A stretch of 64,000 bases of DNA from Parvibaculum sp. (lineage in GTDB: Bacteria > Pseudomonadota > Alphaproteobacteria > Parvibaculales > Parvibaculaceae), in the NCBI RefSeq assembly GCF_049671045.1, contig NZ_JBATUH010000017.1, positions 414 through 64,413 on the forward strand, in the 5' to 3' direction. Shown here in pieces: positions 42,093 to 57,193 of the stretch; the first letter of the stretch is position 1; every line of letters starts with the position of its first letter. The notes beneath the pieces are model-generated. The model did not search any database, was not told where the DNA came from, and saw only the letters and a list, made by a program, of their open reading frames with translations. A program made the position numbers and the translations under genes.

Positions 42093-42354
42093 GTCGGCTC
42101 TCCATGGAATCGCAGAGGCGCCTTCATGCTGCACCGGGATCGGCGCCCGGGCAAACGGCCCGCCCAAAAGGGACGGCCCGCGCCTCGAGGAAGGACGCGG
42201 GCCGGTCGGGGGGCGAGAGATAGGCCGGGGCGCTCAAACGCAGCCGGGGCTCCGCCGCCACTTGTGGTGTCGCCACCAAGGGCGTGAAAAGGAGCATAGT
42301 CCCCAAAGCTGAACCGCCGGTGAACGGCTGGCGGGCCCGCGGCTAGGGAGTTCT

Positions 42355-42699
42355 ACGGATTTCACCCGGCCTTGCGGCGCCGCGCTCTTATCGACCTTCT
42401 CGCTCATCATCGCCTGCATCGTCAAAACGCGCGAACGCTTCATGGGCATCGGCCAGGTGCTCACCATGCTGCTCTTCTTTGCGAGCAATGCGATCTATCC
42501 GATGAGCACCATGCCGGGCTGGCTGCAGGGCGTGTCATATCTCAATCTGTTGAGCTACACGGTCGATGGCTTGCGCGCGCTGATGCTTGCGGATGGCGAA
42601 AGCGGCTTCGGGCTCGCGGTCGATTTCTCTGTGCTCGTGCTCACACTCGCCGTTCTCGTCATGATCGGCGGGAGAATGTACCCGCGGCTGGCGACCTGA
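42355..42699 (+). pseudogene. 5'-truncated ABC-2 type transporter permease remnant (C-terminal ~110 codons only)
   Basis: Frame 1 reads ...ALLSTFSLIIACIVKTRERFMGIGQVLTMLLFFASNAIYPMSTMPGWLQGVSYLNLLSYTVDGLRALML..., the C-terminal third of an ABC-2 permease. An in-frame TGA lies at 42310. No N-terminal part or cognate ATPase gene lies upstream. Confidence 0.6.
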
Positions 42700-42729
42700 G
42701 CCGCCGCGCCACCACTTTGCCGCAGACAT

Positions 42730-42762
42730 GAAAAAGCCCGCGCATCTTTCGATGCGCGGGCT
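42730..42762 (-). terminator. Rho-independent terminator for the 100-aa membrane protein gene
   Basis: 12-bp stem AGCCCGCGCATC / GATGCGCGGGCT, loop TTTC. The A-run on the plus strand gives a T-run on the minus strand. Confidence 0.65.
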
Positions 42763-42785
42763 GAACTTCGGCTCCTGATCGGAGC

Positions 42786-43088
42786 TTACTGCTGGCCGGA
42801 CGGAGCCGGTTCCGAAGGCGTGGCCGGAGCGGGCTCGGACGGCGCGGCCGGTTCGGTCGTGGCGGGAGCGTGTTCCGTCTCCGCCGGGGCGCTCTCGGCG
42901 GGCGCACTCTGGGCCGGCGCGCTTTCCGGAGCGGCAGGCGTTGCCGGTGCTTCGGCGGGCGCCGTCTCGGACGTCGTCGGCGTGCCGGTCGTTTCTGTCG
43001 GAGTACCCTTGTTGGTCAGCTTGTAGCCGACGAGCAAAACCACGGCGATCACAATTACTGCGATGATGACTTTCACGGAGTTGGACAT
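42786..43088 (-). CDS. Small membrane-anchored protein with Pro/Ala/Glu/Thr-rich low-complexity domain
   Basis: N-terminal TM (VKVIIAVIVIAVVLLVGY) then TPTETTGTPTTSETAPAEAPATPAAPESAPAQSAPAESAPAE.... GAGGA SD upstream and a terminator downstream. Confidence 0.65.
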   Translation of the reverse strand: MSNSVKVIIAVIVIAVVLLVGYKLTNKGTPTETTGTPTTSETAPAEAPATPAAPESAPAQSAPAESAPAETEHAPATTEPAAPSEPAPATPSEPAPSGQQ

Positions 43089-43353
43089 TGTCGTTCCTCT
43101 TAACTGTGTTCTGCGGCCGTTTGTTTCATGCGGGCCTGCTGCAGCCGTTGCTCCCGCCAGGTTCCACGGGCGCGAATCCCCCGGACCCCGGTGAAATGCT
43201 AGTCGAATGTCGCCGGAGCGCCAGTATGAAACGCTTTATGGAACGTCGTTTCCATGGCGGCGCATCACATAAGCGGCGGCTGCGCGTGAAAAACATGAGC
43301 GAAGTCACGTCCTTAGGCGAATGTTGCAGCCATGCGACGGCGCGGAGAATGTT

Positions 43354-43671
43354 TCATTCATTCCCGAGCGGATCGAACCGCCATTTGCGCCGGATCGCGG
43401 GCGCAAGCTCAATTCCGTGCCGATGAACGAAAAGCAGAACATGGCCGAGGAGGTCGGCGGTCTCGCTGGCGAGGTCTTCTCTGAGTTCGGCATCCGACCG
43501 GCCATGACGGCGTCCCCGATCAGTCAGCCTCATCCAAGCTTGCGTGAGTTCGCCCAGTTCCTCCTCCATTTTCAGGATGAACCAGTCGTCGTTTCGGGCT
43601 ATTCCGTGCGAAGCTGCGTAGGCTTCGGATGCCTTTTCAAAAAGGCCGGCAAGTTCCTCGAGCTGATGCAT
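43354..43671 (-). CDS. MazG-like nucleotide pyrophosphohydrolase family protein
   Basis: 105 aa, all-alpha, with EExxE (KMEEELGELTQ) and ExxD (ASETADLLGHVL) metal-binding motifs of the MazG/all-alpha NTP-PPase fold. Confidence 0.75.
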   Translation of the reverse strand: MHQLEELAGLFEKASEAYAASHGIARNDDWFILKMEEELGELTQAWMRLTDRGRRHGRSDAELREDLASETADLLGHVLLFVHRHGIELAPAIRRKWRFDPLGNE

Positions 43672-43771
43672 GGCTATGCCTGGCTAATCCCAGGACGCCT
43701 CTTTCCCGGTTCCGGAATTCTATCGACGGCACGATGTTCTTTCAATGTTCTCACCTGGCCTCTGCTGAAGA

Positions 43772-44893
43772 ATGAACAAGGGACCGCTTGCCGCCTATCG
43801 CCGGAAGATCGAGAAGGGTGAGATCGCAGCCGATCCCGCGCAGGCGCGCGCCGCCGAGCGGCTTCAGCATCTGGCCACCGAACTTGCGGAGTGGAAGCCG
43901 GGCAAGAAGGTCGGCCCCTTCGCGCGCCTCGGCTTCGGCAAGGCACTGACGCCGCCCGAAGGCGTCTATATCTGGGGCGATGTCGGGCGCGGCAAGTCGA
44001 TGCTGATGGATCTCTTCTTCGATCACGTCCGCATCAGGCCGAAGCGGCGCGTCCATTTCCACGCCTTCATGCTCGAAACGCATGAGCGCATCTTCAACTG
44101 GCGCCAGCGCGAGAAATCGGGCGCCGTGAAGGGCGGCGATCCGATCCCGCCGGTTGCGCAGGAGATCGCGAAGGACGCGGCGCTTCTCTGCTTCGACGAA
44201 TTCCAGGTGCAGGACATTGCCGACGCCTCGATCCTCGGTCGTCTTTTCACGCAGCTCTTCGATCTCGGCGTCATCATCGTCGCGACCTCGAATATCGCGC
44301 CCGACCGGCTCTATGAGGGCGGCCTCAACCGCCATCGCTTCCTGCCCTTCATCGATCTCGTGAAGGAGCGGATGGATGTCGTCCATCTCGACAGCGCCAC
44401 CGATTACCGTCTCGACAGGATGATGGGGCTGCCGGTCTACTACACGCCGCTCGGGTCCGAATCGCGCTCGGCGCTCGACAGGGCGTTCCACCGCCTCACC
44501 GACAAGGAGCGCGGCCATCCGATGACGCTCGCGCTCAAGGGGCGCGCCGTCGAGGTGCCGCAGGCGGCCCATGGGGTCGCGCGCTTCTCCTTCGAGGAGC
44601 TTTGCGCCCGGCCGCTCGGCGCGGCCGATTACATCAAGATCGCGCAGAGCTTCCACACCGTTCTCATCGACGATGTGCCGATGATGAGCCCGGAGCGCCG
44701 CAACGAGGCCAAGCGCTTCGTGACCCTCATCGACGCGCTCTATGAGGCCAAGACGAAGCTCATCGTCTCGGCCGCCGCCGAGCCTTCCGCGCTCTATCCG
44801 AAGGGCGATGGCGCCTTCGCCTTCGAGCGCACCGTGTCACGGCTCATGGAAATGCAGAGCACGGATTATATGGGCCTGCGCGCGGCCGATTGA
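43772..44893 (+). CDS. zapE: Cell division protein ZapE (AFG1-like ATPase)
   Basis: Walker A GDVGRGKSMLMD, Walker B LLCFDEFQV; 373 aa, typical of the AFG1/ZapE family. Confidence 0.9.
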   Translation: MNKGPLAAYRRKIEKGEIAADPAQARAAERLQHLATELAEWKPGKKVGPFARLGFGKALTPPEGVYIWGDVGRGKSMLMDLFFDHVRIRPKRRVHFHAFMLETHERIFNWRQREKSGAVKGGDPIPPVAQEIAKDAALLCFDEFQVQDIADASILGRLFTQLFDLGVIIVATSNIAPDRLYEGGLNRHRFLPFIDLVKERMDVVHLDSATDYRLDRMMGLPVYYTPLGSESRSALDRAFHRLTDKERGHPMTLALKGRAVEVPQAAHGVARFSFEELCARPLGAADYIKIAQSFHTVLIDDVPMMSPERRNEAKRFVTLIDALYEAKTKLIVSAAAEPSALYPKGDGAFAFERTVSRLMEMQSTDYMGLRAAD

Positions 44894-44896
44894 GAT

Positions 44897-45373
44897 TTAC
44901 AGCCAGCGCCGCACACGGGCTTTGTAGTCACGGTAGGGATCGCCGAACCTGGTTTCGAGATAGCGCTCCTCCCGCGCGATCACGCCGTAGCGCATGATCA
45001 AAAGCAGCGGGATCAGCAGCGCGATGATCCAGCCATTGTCGAGGAGGAGACCGAGGCCCACATAAATCGCGGTCATGCTCACATAGATCGGGTTGCGCGA
45101 GAAGCGGTAGGGGCCCTCGGTGACGAGCGCATTGACCGGAAGGTTCGTGGGTATGTTCGTGCCAGCCTTGTTGAAGCGCCGTACACAGAGAGACATGAGC
45201 AGCACTCCGACGGCGAGGAGGATTGCGCCTGCTATTCGCGCGAGGCCAGCCTTGTCGGCGAGCGGCAGGGGATAGAAAAACCCGAACAGCGCGCCCGCGA
45301 GCAGAAATCCGAAATATATGTAAGGCGGTTTGGCGATGACGCCGGGATGGTCTGGCGCGGCTTCGTTTGGCAT
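44897..45373 (-). CDS. Membrane methyltransferase, isoprenylcysteine carboxyl methyltransferase (ICMT)/PEMT-like family
   Basis: 4-5 TM segments and the C-terminal motif GPYRFSRNPIYVSM...IAREERYLETRFGDPYRDYKARVRRW. Confidence 0.8.
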   Translation of the reverse strand: MPNEAAPDHPGVIAKPPYIYFGFLLAGALFGFFYPLPLADKAGLARIAGAILLAVGVLLMSLCVRRFNKAGTNIPTNLPVNALVTEGPYRFSRNPIYVSMTAIYVGLGLLLDNGWIIALLIPLLLIMRYGVIAREERYLETRFGDPYRDYKARVRRWL

Positions 45374-45409
45374 TGGGCGGCTCCTCTCGTTTCGCCGGTC
45401 GTTTTCCGA

Positions 45410-46009
45410 TCAGCTCTCCGCCAGGATGACGGGAGAGGTGTCGGCGTCGGGCCGGACGCGCCCGGCCGCAAATCCCGTTCGAGCGAGCAGCGTCAGCGCA
45501 TCCTCGACTTCGTTCGGCGTGCGGCTCCAGGGATTGGGGAGCCAGTCGACCTGCCTTTTCGCGTGATTGCGCAGGATGAGGATCAGCCGCCCGCCAGGGC
45601 GAAGCACGCGGTGGATCTCGGTGAGCGCGGCGACCGGGTCCGGCCAGAACTGGAAGCTGTGAAGGGCGGCGGCGGCATCGAAGCTCGCATCGGGCCAGGG
45701 AAGGTTCTCGGCGGTTCCTTCGATGAGTTCGTGGCGGACGCCCATATGGTCGAGGCGGCGGCGGGCCGTTTCGACCATGAGCGGGGAGAGGTCGACGCCC
45801 GCGACAAATCCTGCCGTGGCGCGCGATGCCATCATCTCGACAAGCCTGCCAGTGCCGAAGCCGATTTCGAGAAAGCGGCCTTCGGGCGAAAGATCGATGA
45901 GGCTTGCCGCGCGCTCATAGGCCGGGCGGTTCGTGCGTTCCATGAGAAAGCCGAAGATGCGGCCGGCGACGCCGTGGGGCCGCATGGGCTGGGGAACGGA
46001 ACTCGTCAC
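45410..46009 (-). CDS. Class I SAM-dependent methyltransferase
   Basis: Motif I FLEIGFGTGRL, motif post-I GVDLSPLM. 2-nt gap from the upstream O-methyltransferase gene. Confidence 0.85.
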   Translation of the reverse strand: MTSSVPQPMRPHGVAGRIFGFLMERTNRPAYERAASLIDLSPEGRFLEIGFGTGRLVEMMASRATAGFVAGVDLSPLMVETARRRLDHMGVRHELIEGTAENLPWPDASFDAAAALHSFQFWPDPVAALTEIHRVLRPGGRLILILRNHAKRQVDWLPNPWSRTPNEVEDALTLLARTGFAAGRVRPDADTSPVILAES

Positions 46010-46011
46010 GT

Positions 46012-46665
46012 CTATTTCTTTCGTGCGAGCATCACGCCATCGCCGACGGTCAGCAGCGATGCGTCGACGCGGGGGTCGGCCGAGATTTTCGCGTTGAGCG
46101 CGCGGATCGCGACGGTGTCATCGTCCTTTATTTCCGGCTTCGCGACGGCACCGCTCCAGAGCATGTTGTCGAGCGCGATCAGGCCTCCGGGGCGCAGCAG
46201 CTTCAGACAGGCTTCGTAATAGGCGTCGTAGCCGGTCTTGTCGGCGTCGATGAAGGCGAAGTCGAAGGTGCCTTCCTTGCCCGAGCGGATGAGCCCATCG
46301 AGCGTTTCGAGGGCGGGGGCGAGCTTCAGCTCGATGCGCTTCTCAAGGCCCGCCTCCTTCCAGTAGCGCCGCGCGATGGAAGTCCATTCCTCGTTAACAT
46401 CGCAGCAGAGCAGCGTTCCGTTCGGCGCGAGGCCGCGGGCGATGGCAATGGCGCTGTAGCCGGTAAAGGTGCCGATCTCGATGGCCTTCCTCGCGCCGAT
46501 GGCGCCGACAAGGAGCGTGAGGAAGGCACCCTGGTCGGGGCCGATCTGCATCTGCGCCATGGGCAGTTTCGCGGTCTCGATGCGGAGCTTCTTCTGCGCC
46601 TCGGTTTCGATCACGAGCGATGCCGAATAGGCCTCGATCGCTTCCGGCAGGAGTGAGCGTGACAT
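46012..46665 (-). CDS. O-methyltransferase, caffeoyl-CoA OMT-like (family 3)
   Basis: Internal ATG at 46665 with GGGAGG upstream. Motifs MQIGPDQGAFLTLL, AIEIGTFTGYSAIAIA, FDFAFIDADK, GGLIALDNMLWSG. The listed ORF 46012..46977 has an Arg/Ser-rich N-terminal part that overlaps padR. Confidence 0.9.
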   Translation of the reverse strand: MSRSLLPEAIEAYSASLVIETEAQKKLRIETAKLPMAQMQIGPDQGAFLTLLVGAIGARKAIEIGTFTGYSAIAIARGLAPNGTLLCCDVNEEWTSIARRYWKEAGLEKRIELKLAPALETLDGLIRSGKEGTFDFAFIDADKTGYDAYYEACLKLLRPGGLIALDNMLWSGAVAKPEIKDDDTVAIRALNAKISADPRVDASLLTVGDGVMLARKK

Positions 46666-46690
46666 GGAAGGGCCTCCCTCTTCGCGTTGA

Positions 46691-49224
<2,534 letters not shown>

Positions 49225-49253
49225 TAACCGGAGGCCTGAGGCCTCTGCCGGAA

Positions 49254-49280
49254 AAGGCCGCCCCCGGGGCGGCCTTTTTC
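49254..49280 (+). terminator. Rho-independent terminator after mdh
   Basis: GGCCGCCC / GGGCGGCC stem followed by TTTTTC. Confidence 0.6.
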
Positions 49281-49337
49281 ATTTTCGGCGCTCGCGGCGC
49301 CGAAAGGGGCGCCGGGTCTTGCGCCGCCTTCATCCGA

Positions 49338-49360
49338 TGATTAATGTTCTCCATTAATCA
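49338..49360. promoter_or_regulatory. Perfect palindrome TGATTAATG-N5-CATTAATCA upstream of the MBL-fold gene
   Basis: 9-bp perfect arms, AT-rich, ending 16 bp upstream of the ATG at 49376. Confidence 0.35.
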
Positions 49361-49375
49361 GGACCGGAGGAACGG

Positions 49376-50521
49376 ATGAAGCGGATCGTATTTGGGGGGG
49401 CGGCGCTCGCCGCGCTTCTCGTCATCATCGGGGCGGGCGCGGTATGGCTGTCGCCATCGCTTCAGGACGGCATATTGGAGCGCGCGGCCGAGCGGCGCCT
49501 TCAGGAAGGCGACAGGTCGGATCTTCTCGGCGACAAGGCGCTTCACATCGTGCTTTGCGGCACCGGGTCGCCCATGCCGGACCCGGAGCGCGCCAATGCC
49601 TGCACGGCCGTCATCGCGGGCGGGCATATGGTCCTCATCGATGCGGGGCCGGGCGCCTGGCGGAAGATCGCGGCCAGCCGGCTTCCGGCGGCGGCCCTCG
49701 ATACGGTCCTGCTCACCCATCTTCATTCGGACCATATCGGCGGGCTGGGCGAGGTGGCGGTCCAGAGCTGGATCGCGGGCCGCAAGACGCCGCTCGATAT
49801 TTACGGGCCCGGCGCGCCAGCCGATCTCAAACATGAGGAAGACGCCGAAGGCCATGGCCGGTCGGGAACGGCCGATGTCGTGCGCGGTTTCGCGGCGGCC
49901 TATGATTCCGATGCGGGGTTCAGGCTCGCCCATCATGGTGCCGATTTTCTGGCGCCTGAAGGTGCACGCATGATCCCGCATGAGATCGCGATGCCCGCGC
50001 CCGGAGAGGCCGTCACTGTTTACGACAAGGACGGCCTCAGGATTTCGGCCTTTCTTGTCGATCATCATCCGGTCGAGCCCGCCTATGGCTACCGGATCGA
50101 ATATGAGGGCCGCGTCGCGGTCGTCAGTGGCGATACGAAAAAGATCGAGAACATGGTGCGTTTCTCGAAGGATGCCGATCTCCTCGTGCATGAGGCGCTT
50201 GACCCCGCAATGGTGAAGCTTCTCGCCGTCGCGCTCGACAAGACCGGCAATGCGCGGCTCGCCAAGATGGCGCGCGACACGATCGGCTATCACACCTCGC
50301 CCGTCGAGGCGGCGGAGATCGCGCGCGAGGCCAATGTGCGAATGCTCGTCTTCACGCATGTCGTGCCGCCGCTGCGCAATGCGCTGATGCGGCATATCTT
50401 CATGCGCGGCGTCGCCGAGGCGCGGGGGGCGGGCGAAACGCGGATCGGCGAGGACGGGCTGATGCTGAGCCTGCCCGCGGGCTCGACCGCGATCCAGAGC
50501 CACCAGCTCGGCGGGGAGTGA
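49376..50521 (+). CDS. MBL-fold metallo-hydrolase (RNase Z/ElaC-like) with N-terminal TM or signal anchor
   Basis: HxHxDH motif LTHLHSDHIGGL. GGAGGA SD upstream. Confidence 0.85.
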   Translation: MKRIVFGGAALAALLVIIGAGAVWLSPSLQDGILERAAERRLQEGDRSDLLGDKALHIVLCGTGSPMPDPERANACTAVIAGGHMVLIDAGPGAWRKIAASRLPAAALDTVLLTHLHSDHIGGLGEVAVQSWIAGRKTPLDIYGPGAPADLKHEEDAEGHGRSGTADVVRGFAAAYDSDAGFRLAHHGADFLAPEGARMIPHEIAMPAPGEAVTVYDKDGLRISAFLVDHHPVEPAYGYRIEYEGRVAVVSGDTKKIENMVRFSKDADLLVHEALDPAMVKLLAVALDKTGNARLAKMARDTIGYHTSPVEAAEIAREANVRMLVFTHVVPPLRNALMRHIFMRGVAEARGAGETRIGEDGLMLSLPAGSTAIQSHQLGGE

Positions 50522-50759
50522 AGGCGGCCGGAGCGAGGGGCGAGGCCGAGTGGCGGTGCGGGTCCGTTTGACGTAGCGTCAGGCTATCTACAGGAAATTA
50601 TTGAGAATTCTGTAAGCGGGCAAAAAGGCGATGCTCTGAACCCAGATTCATGATTTGGCGGTTGCGCCCGGATTTCCGGGTGCTATAACTCGCGGCAATC
50701 CGTAATTTTTCCATCGGGGCCGCACTCCGCGCTGCCCCTCCAGCCCGGACGGACCGCCC

Positions 50760-51929
50760 ATGAACATCCATGAATATCAAGCCAAGGCCGTGCTTGCGAA
50801 GTATGGCGTGGCGGTGCCGCGCGGCATTCCCGCGTTCACGCCCGATGAGGCGGTCGCCGCCGCGCAGAAGCTCGGCGGTCCCGTCTACGTCGTCAAGGCG
50901 CAGATCCATGCCGGTGGACGCGGCAAGGCCGGTGGCGTCAAGGTCGTGAAATCGCTCGACGACGTGAAGGCCGAAGCGACGCGCCTTCTCGGCTCGACCC
51001 TCGTCACCCATCAGACGGGTCCGGCCGGCAAGCAGGTCAATCGCCTCTATGTCGAGGAAGGCTCCTCGATCGCCCGCGAGCTCTATCTCTCCGTGCTCGT
51101 CGATCGCGCGACCTCGCGCATCGCCTTCATCGCCTCGACCGAAGGCGGCATGGACATCGAGGAAGTGGCGCACAAGACGCCGGAAAAAATCCTCACCTTC
51201 TCGATCGATCCGGCATCGGGCATCTCCTCCTTCCATGGCCGCAAGGTGGCGTTCGCGCTCGGCCTCGAGGGCGCTCTCAACGCTCAGGGCGTCGATCTCG
51301 TCCAGAAGCTCTACAATGCCTTCGTCGCCGAAGACATGGCGCAGCTCGAGATCAATCCGCTCGTCGTCACCGGCGACAACAAGCTCGTCTGCCTCGACGC
51401 CAAGGTCGGCTTCGATGACAACGCGCTCTACCGGCACAAGGACATCGTCGAGCTGCGCGACATCACGGAAGAAGATCCGGCCGAGGTCGAGGCGTCGAAA
51501 TACGACCTCAACTACGTCAAGCTCGACGGCAAGATCGGCTGCATGGTGAACGGCGCCGGCCTCGCCATGGCGACGATGGACATCATCAAATATTACGGCT
51601 CCGAGCCTGCGAACTTCCTCGATGTCGGCGGCGGCGCGACGAAGGAAAAGGTCACCGCGGCCTTCAAGATCATTCTTTCCGATCCGAACGTCGAAGGCAT
51701 TCTCGTCAATATCTTCGGCGGCATCATGCGCTGCGACATCATCGCGGAAGGCGTCATCGCCGCCGCGAAGGAAGTCAGCCTCAAGGTTCCGCTGGTGGTG
51801 CGCCTCGAAGGCACCAATGTCGATCTCGGCAAGAAGCTGATGGCCGAATCGGGGCTGCCCATTATTTCCGCCGACAATCTCGCCGACGCGGCCGAGAAGA
51901 TCGTCAAGGCCGTGAAGGAGGCTCACTAA
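50760..51929 (+). CDS. sucC: Succinate--CoA ligase (ADP-forming) beta subunit
   Basis: [17 protein letters not shown]...[16 protein letters not shown]... Confidence 0.97.
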   Translation: MNIHEYQAKAVLAKYGVAVPRGIPAFTPDEAVAAAQKLGGPVYVVKAQIHAGGRGKAGGVKVVKSLDDVKAEATRLLGSTLVTHQTGPAGKQVNRLYVEEGSSIARELYLSVLVDRATSRIAFIASTEGGMDIEEVAHKTPEKILTFSIDPASGISSFHGRKVAFALGLEGALNAQGVDLVQKLYNAFVAEDMAQLEINPLVVTGDNKLVCLDAKVGFDDNALYRHKDIVELRDITEEDPAEVEASKYDLNYVKLDGKIGCMVNGAGLAMATMDIIKYYGSEPANFLDVGGGATKEKVTAAFKIILSDPNVEGILVNIFGGIMRCDIIAEGVIAAAKEVSLKVPLVVRLEGTNVDLGKKLMAESGLPIISADNLADAAEKIVKAVKEAH

Positions 51930-52808
51930 ATGTCTGTTCTCGTCGGCAAGAATACGAAAGTCATCACCCAGGGCTTCACCGGCAAGCAGGGCACCTTCCA
52001 CTCCGAGCAGGCCATCGCCTATGGCACGAAGATGGTGGGCGGCACCTCGCCGGGCAAAGGCGGCACGACGCATCTCGGCCTTCCGGTCTTCAACACCGTT
52101 GCCGAAGCCGTCGAGAAGACGGGCGCCACCGCTTCCGCGATCTATGTGCCGCCGCCCTTCGCCGCCGATGCGATCCTCGAGGCGATCGACGCCGAGATCG
52201 AGCTTGCAGTCTGCATCACCGAGGGCATTCCCGTGCTCGACATGGTGCGCGTGAAGCGCGCGCTTTCGGGCTCCAAGACGCGCCTCATCGGGCCGAACTG
52301 CCCGGGCGTCATCACGCCGGGCGAGTGCAAGATCGGCATCATGCCCGGCCACATCCACAAGCCGGGTTCGGTCGGCATTGTTTCCCGCTCGGGCACGCTT
52401 ACATATGAGGCAGTGGCCCAGACAACGGCAGCGGGCCTCGGCCAGTCCACCTGCATCGGCATTGGCGGCGATCCGGTCAACGGCACGAACTTCATCGACG
52501 CGCTCGAGATGTTCCTCGCCGACCCGCAGACGGAATCGATCATCATGATCGGTGAAATCGGCGGTACGGCGGAAGAGGAAGCTGCCGATATGATCAGGGC
52601 CTCGAAGGTGAAGAAGCCGATGGTCGGTTTCATCGCCGGAGTGACGGCTCCCCCCGGACGCCGGATGGGCCATGCGGGCGCGATCGTGTCCGGTGGCCGC
52701 GGCACGGCGGAAGCCAAGATCGAGGCGATGAAGGCCGCGGGAATCCGCGTTTCGCCGTCGCCTGCGGCACTCGGCACGACGCTCGTCGACTTGCTGAAGG
52801 GCCGTTGA
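51930..52808 (+). CDS. sucD: Succinate--CoA ligase alpha subunit
   Basis: [16 protein letters not shown]..., SRSGTLTYE, phospho-His context GHAGAIV. Confidence 0.97.
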   Translation: MSVLVGKNTKVITQGFTGKQGTFHSEQAIAYGTKMVGGTSPGKGGTTHLGLPVFNTVAEAVEKTGATASAIYVPPPFAADAILEAIDAEIELAVCITEGIPVLDMVRVKRALSGSKTRLIGPNCPGVITPGECKIGIMPGHIHKPGSVGIVSRSGTLTYEAVAQTTAAGLGQSTCIGIGGDPVNGTNFIDALEMFLADPQTESIIMIGEIGGTAEEEAADMIRASKVKKPMVGFIAGVTAPPGRRMGHAGAIVSGGRGTAEAKIEAMKAAGIRVSPSPAALGTTLVDLLKGR

Positions 52809-52955
52809 GAAATGTTGCGGAGCCGCCGTCTGAAGGGCGCTGGCTCCGCAGGGTTTTTTAAATGGCTTGTTGACCCTGACCGGATAGGATTCGGGTCAGC
52901 AAACGGCCTCTTTCAAGAAGGGGGTGCGGGCCCTTAATCCGCACCGGACACCGGC

Positions 52956-55895
<2,940 letters not shown>

Positions 55896-55920
55896 GTTTT
55901 CTCTGAAAGGCGGAAAGAGA

Positions 55921-57165
55921 ATGGCGACGGAAATCAAGGTGCCGGCACTCGGCGAATCGGTAACGGAAGCGACCGTTGCCCAGTGGTTCAAGCAGCCGGG
56001 CGACGCGGTCACCGTTGACGAGCCGCTGGTCGAACTGGAAACCGACAAGGTGACGGTCGAGGTGCCGGCGCCCGCATCCGGCGTGCTTTCGGACGTGTTC
56101 GTGAAGCCGGGCGAAACGGTCGGCATCGGCACCGTTCTGGGCGCGATCGGCGAGGGGGCGGGAAAGCCCGCCGCGAAGCCCGCCGCGAAGAAGGAAGAAC
56201 CGAAGAAGGCGGCCGCGCCCGCGACGAAGCCCGCAGCCCCCGCGGCGGTTCCGGCCGCAGCGGCCGCGCCTGTCGCAAAGGCGGAGGCCCCTCTTGCGCC
56301 TTCCGTGCGCAGGCTCGCGGAAGAAAGCGGCATCGAGCCCGCGCGCGTTGCGGGCACGGGCAAGGATGGCCGCGTGACGAAGGGCGACATGCTCGAGGCG
56401 ATCGCCGCTCCGGCTGCGGCGCCCGCGCCCGTTCAGGTGCGTGCGCCCGTCCCCGCTGATCAGGCCGCGCGCGAGGAGCGCGTCCGCATGACGCGGCTCA
56501 GGAAGACCATCGCCACCCGCCTCAAGGAAGCGCAGAACACGGCCGCCATGCTCACCACCTTCAACGAGGTGGACATGACGAACGTCATGGCGATCCGTAA
56601 TCAGTACAAGGATCTTTTCGAGAAGAAGCACGGTGTGCGCGTCGGCTTCATGAGCTTCTTCGTCAAGGCGTGCATCGCGGCGCTGAAGGAGATCCCGGCG
56701 GTCAATGCCGAGATCGACGGCGACGATCTCGTCTACAAGAATTACTACAATATCGGCGTGGCGGTCGGCACGGAGCGGGGTCTCGTCGTTCCCGTCGTGC
56801 GCGATGCGCAGGACATGTCGCTTGCCGATATCGAGAAGGCGATCAACGATTTCGGCCGGCGCGCCCGCGACGGCCAGCTCAAGCTCGAGGAACTGCAGGG
56901 CGGCACCTTCACCATCTCGAATGGCGGCGTCTATGGCTCGCTCATGTCGACACCGATCCTCAACGCGCCGCAGTCCGGCATTCTCGGCATGCACAAGATC
57001 CAGGACCGGCCGATGGCGATCGGCGGCAAGATCGAAATCAGGCCGATGATGTATCTCGCCCTTTCCTACGATCATCGCATCGTGGACGGACGCGAGGCGG
57101 TGACCTTCCTCGTTCGCGTCAAGGAATCGCTCGAGGATCCGCAGCGCCTGCTGCTCGATCTCTGA
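55921..57165 (+). CDS. sucB: Dihydrolipoyllysine-residue succinyltransferase (E2o)
   Basis: Lipoyl domain ([10 protein letters not shown]), AKP-rich linker, catalytic DHRIVDG motif. Confidence 0.95.
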   Translation: MATEIKVPALGESVTEATVAQWFKQPGDAVTVDEPLVELETDKVTVEVPAPASGVLSDVFVKPGETVGIGTVLGAIGEGAGKPAAKPAAKKEEPKKAAAPATKPAAPAAVPAAAAAPVAKAEAPLAPSVRRLAEESGIEPARVAGTGKDGRVTKGDMLEAIAAPAAAPAPVQVRAPVPADQAAREERVRMTRLRKTIATRLKEAQNTAAMLTTFNEVDMTNVMAIRNQYKDLFEKKHGVRVGFMSFFVKACIAALKEIPAVNAEIDGDDLVYKNYYNIGVAVGTERGLVVPVVRDAQDMSLADIEKAINDFGRRARDGQLKLEELQGGTFTISNGGVYGSLMSTPILNAPQSGILGMHKIQDRPMAIGGKIEIRPMMYLALSYDHRIVDGREAVTFLVRVKESLEDPQRLLLDL

Positions 57166-57193
57166 CACCCCTCCGCAAATCAGGAGTAATGCC

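Noticed and set aside
42170-42354. GC-rich structured-looking region upstream of the ABC-2 remnant, considered as a riboswitch (cobalamin, SAM-II, fluoride)
   Set aside because: I could not find the conserved core motifs of those classes by eye. It is more simply the promoter region of the lipoprotein gene plus a deletion scar. An Infernal scan would settle it.
43088-43426. 112-aa plus-strand ORF in the gap between the low-complexity membrane protein gene and the MazG-like gene
   Set aside because: It overlaps the 3' end of the MazG-like gene on the other strand, has no SD, and its composition and translation look non-coding.
50662-50689. TTGCGC-N16-TATAAC as a sigma-70-type promoter for sucC
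   Set aside because: The spacing is plausible, but the match is weak and the spacer contains a hairpin. Without TSS data I cannot support it as a feature.
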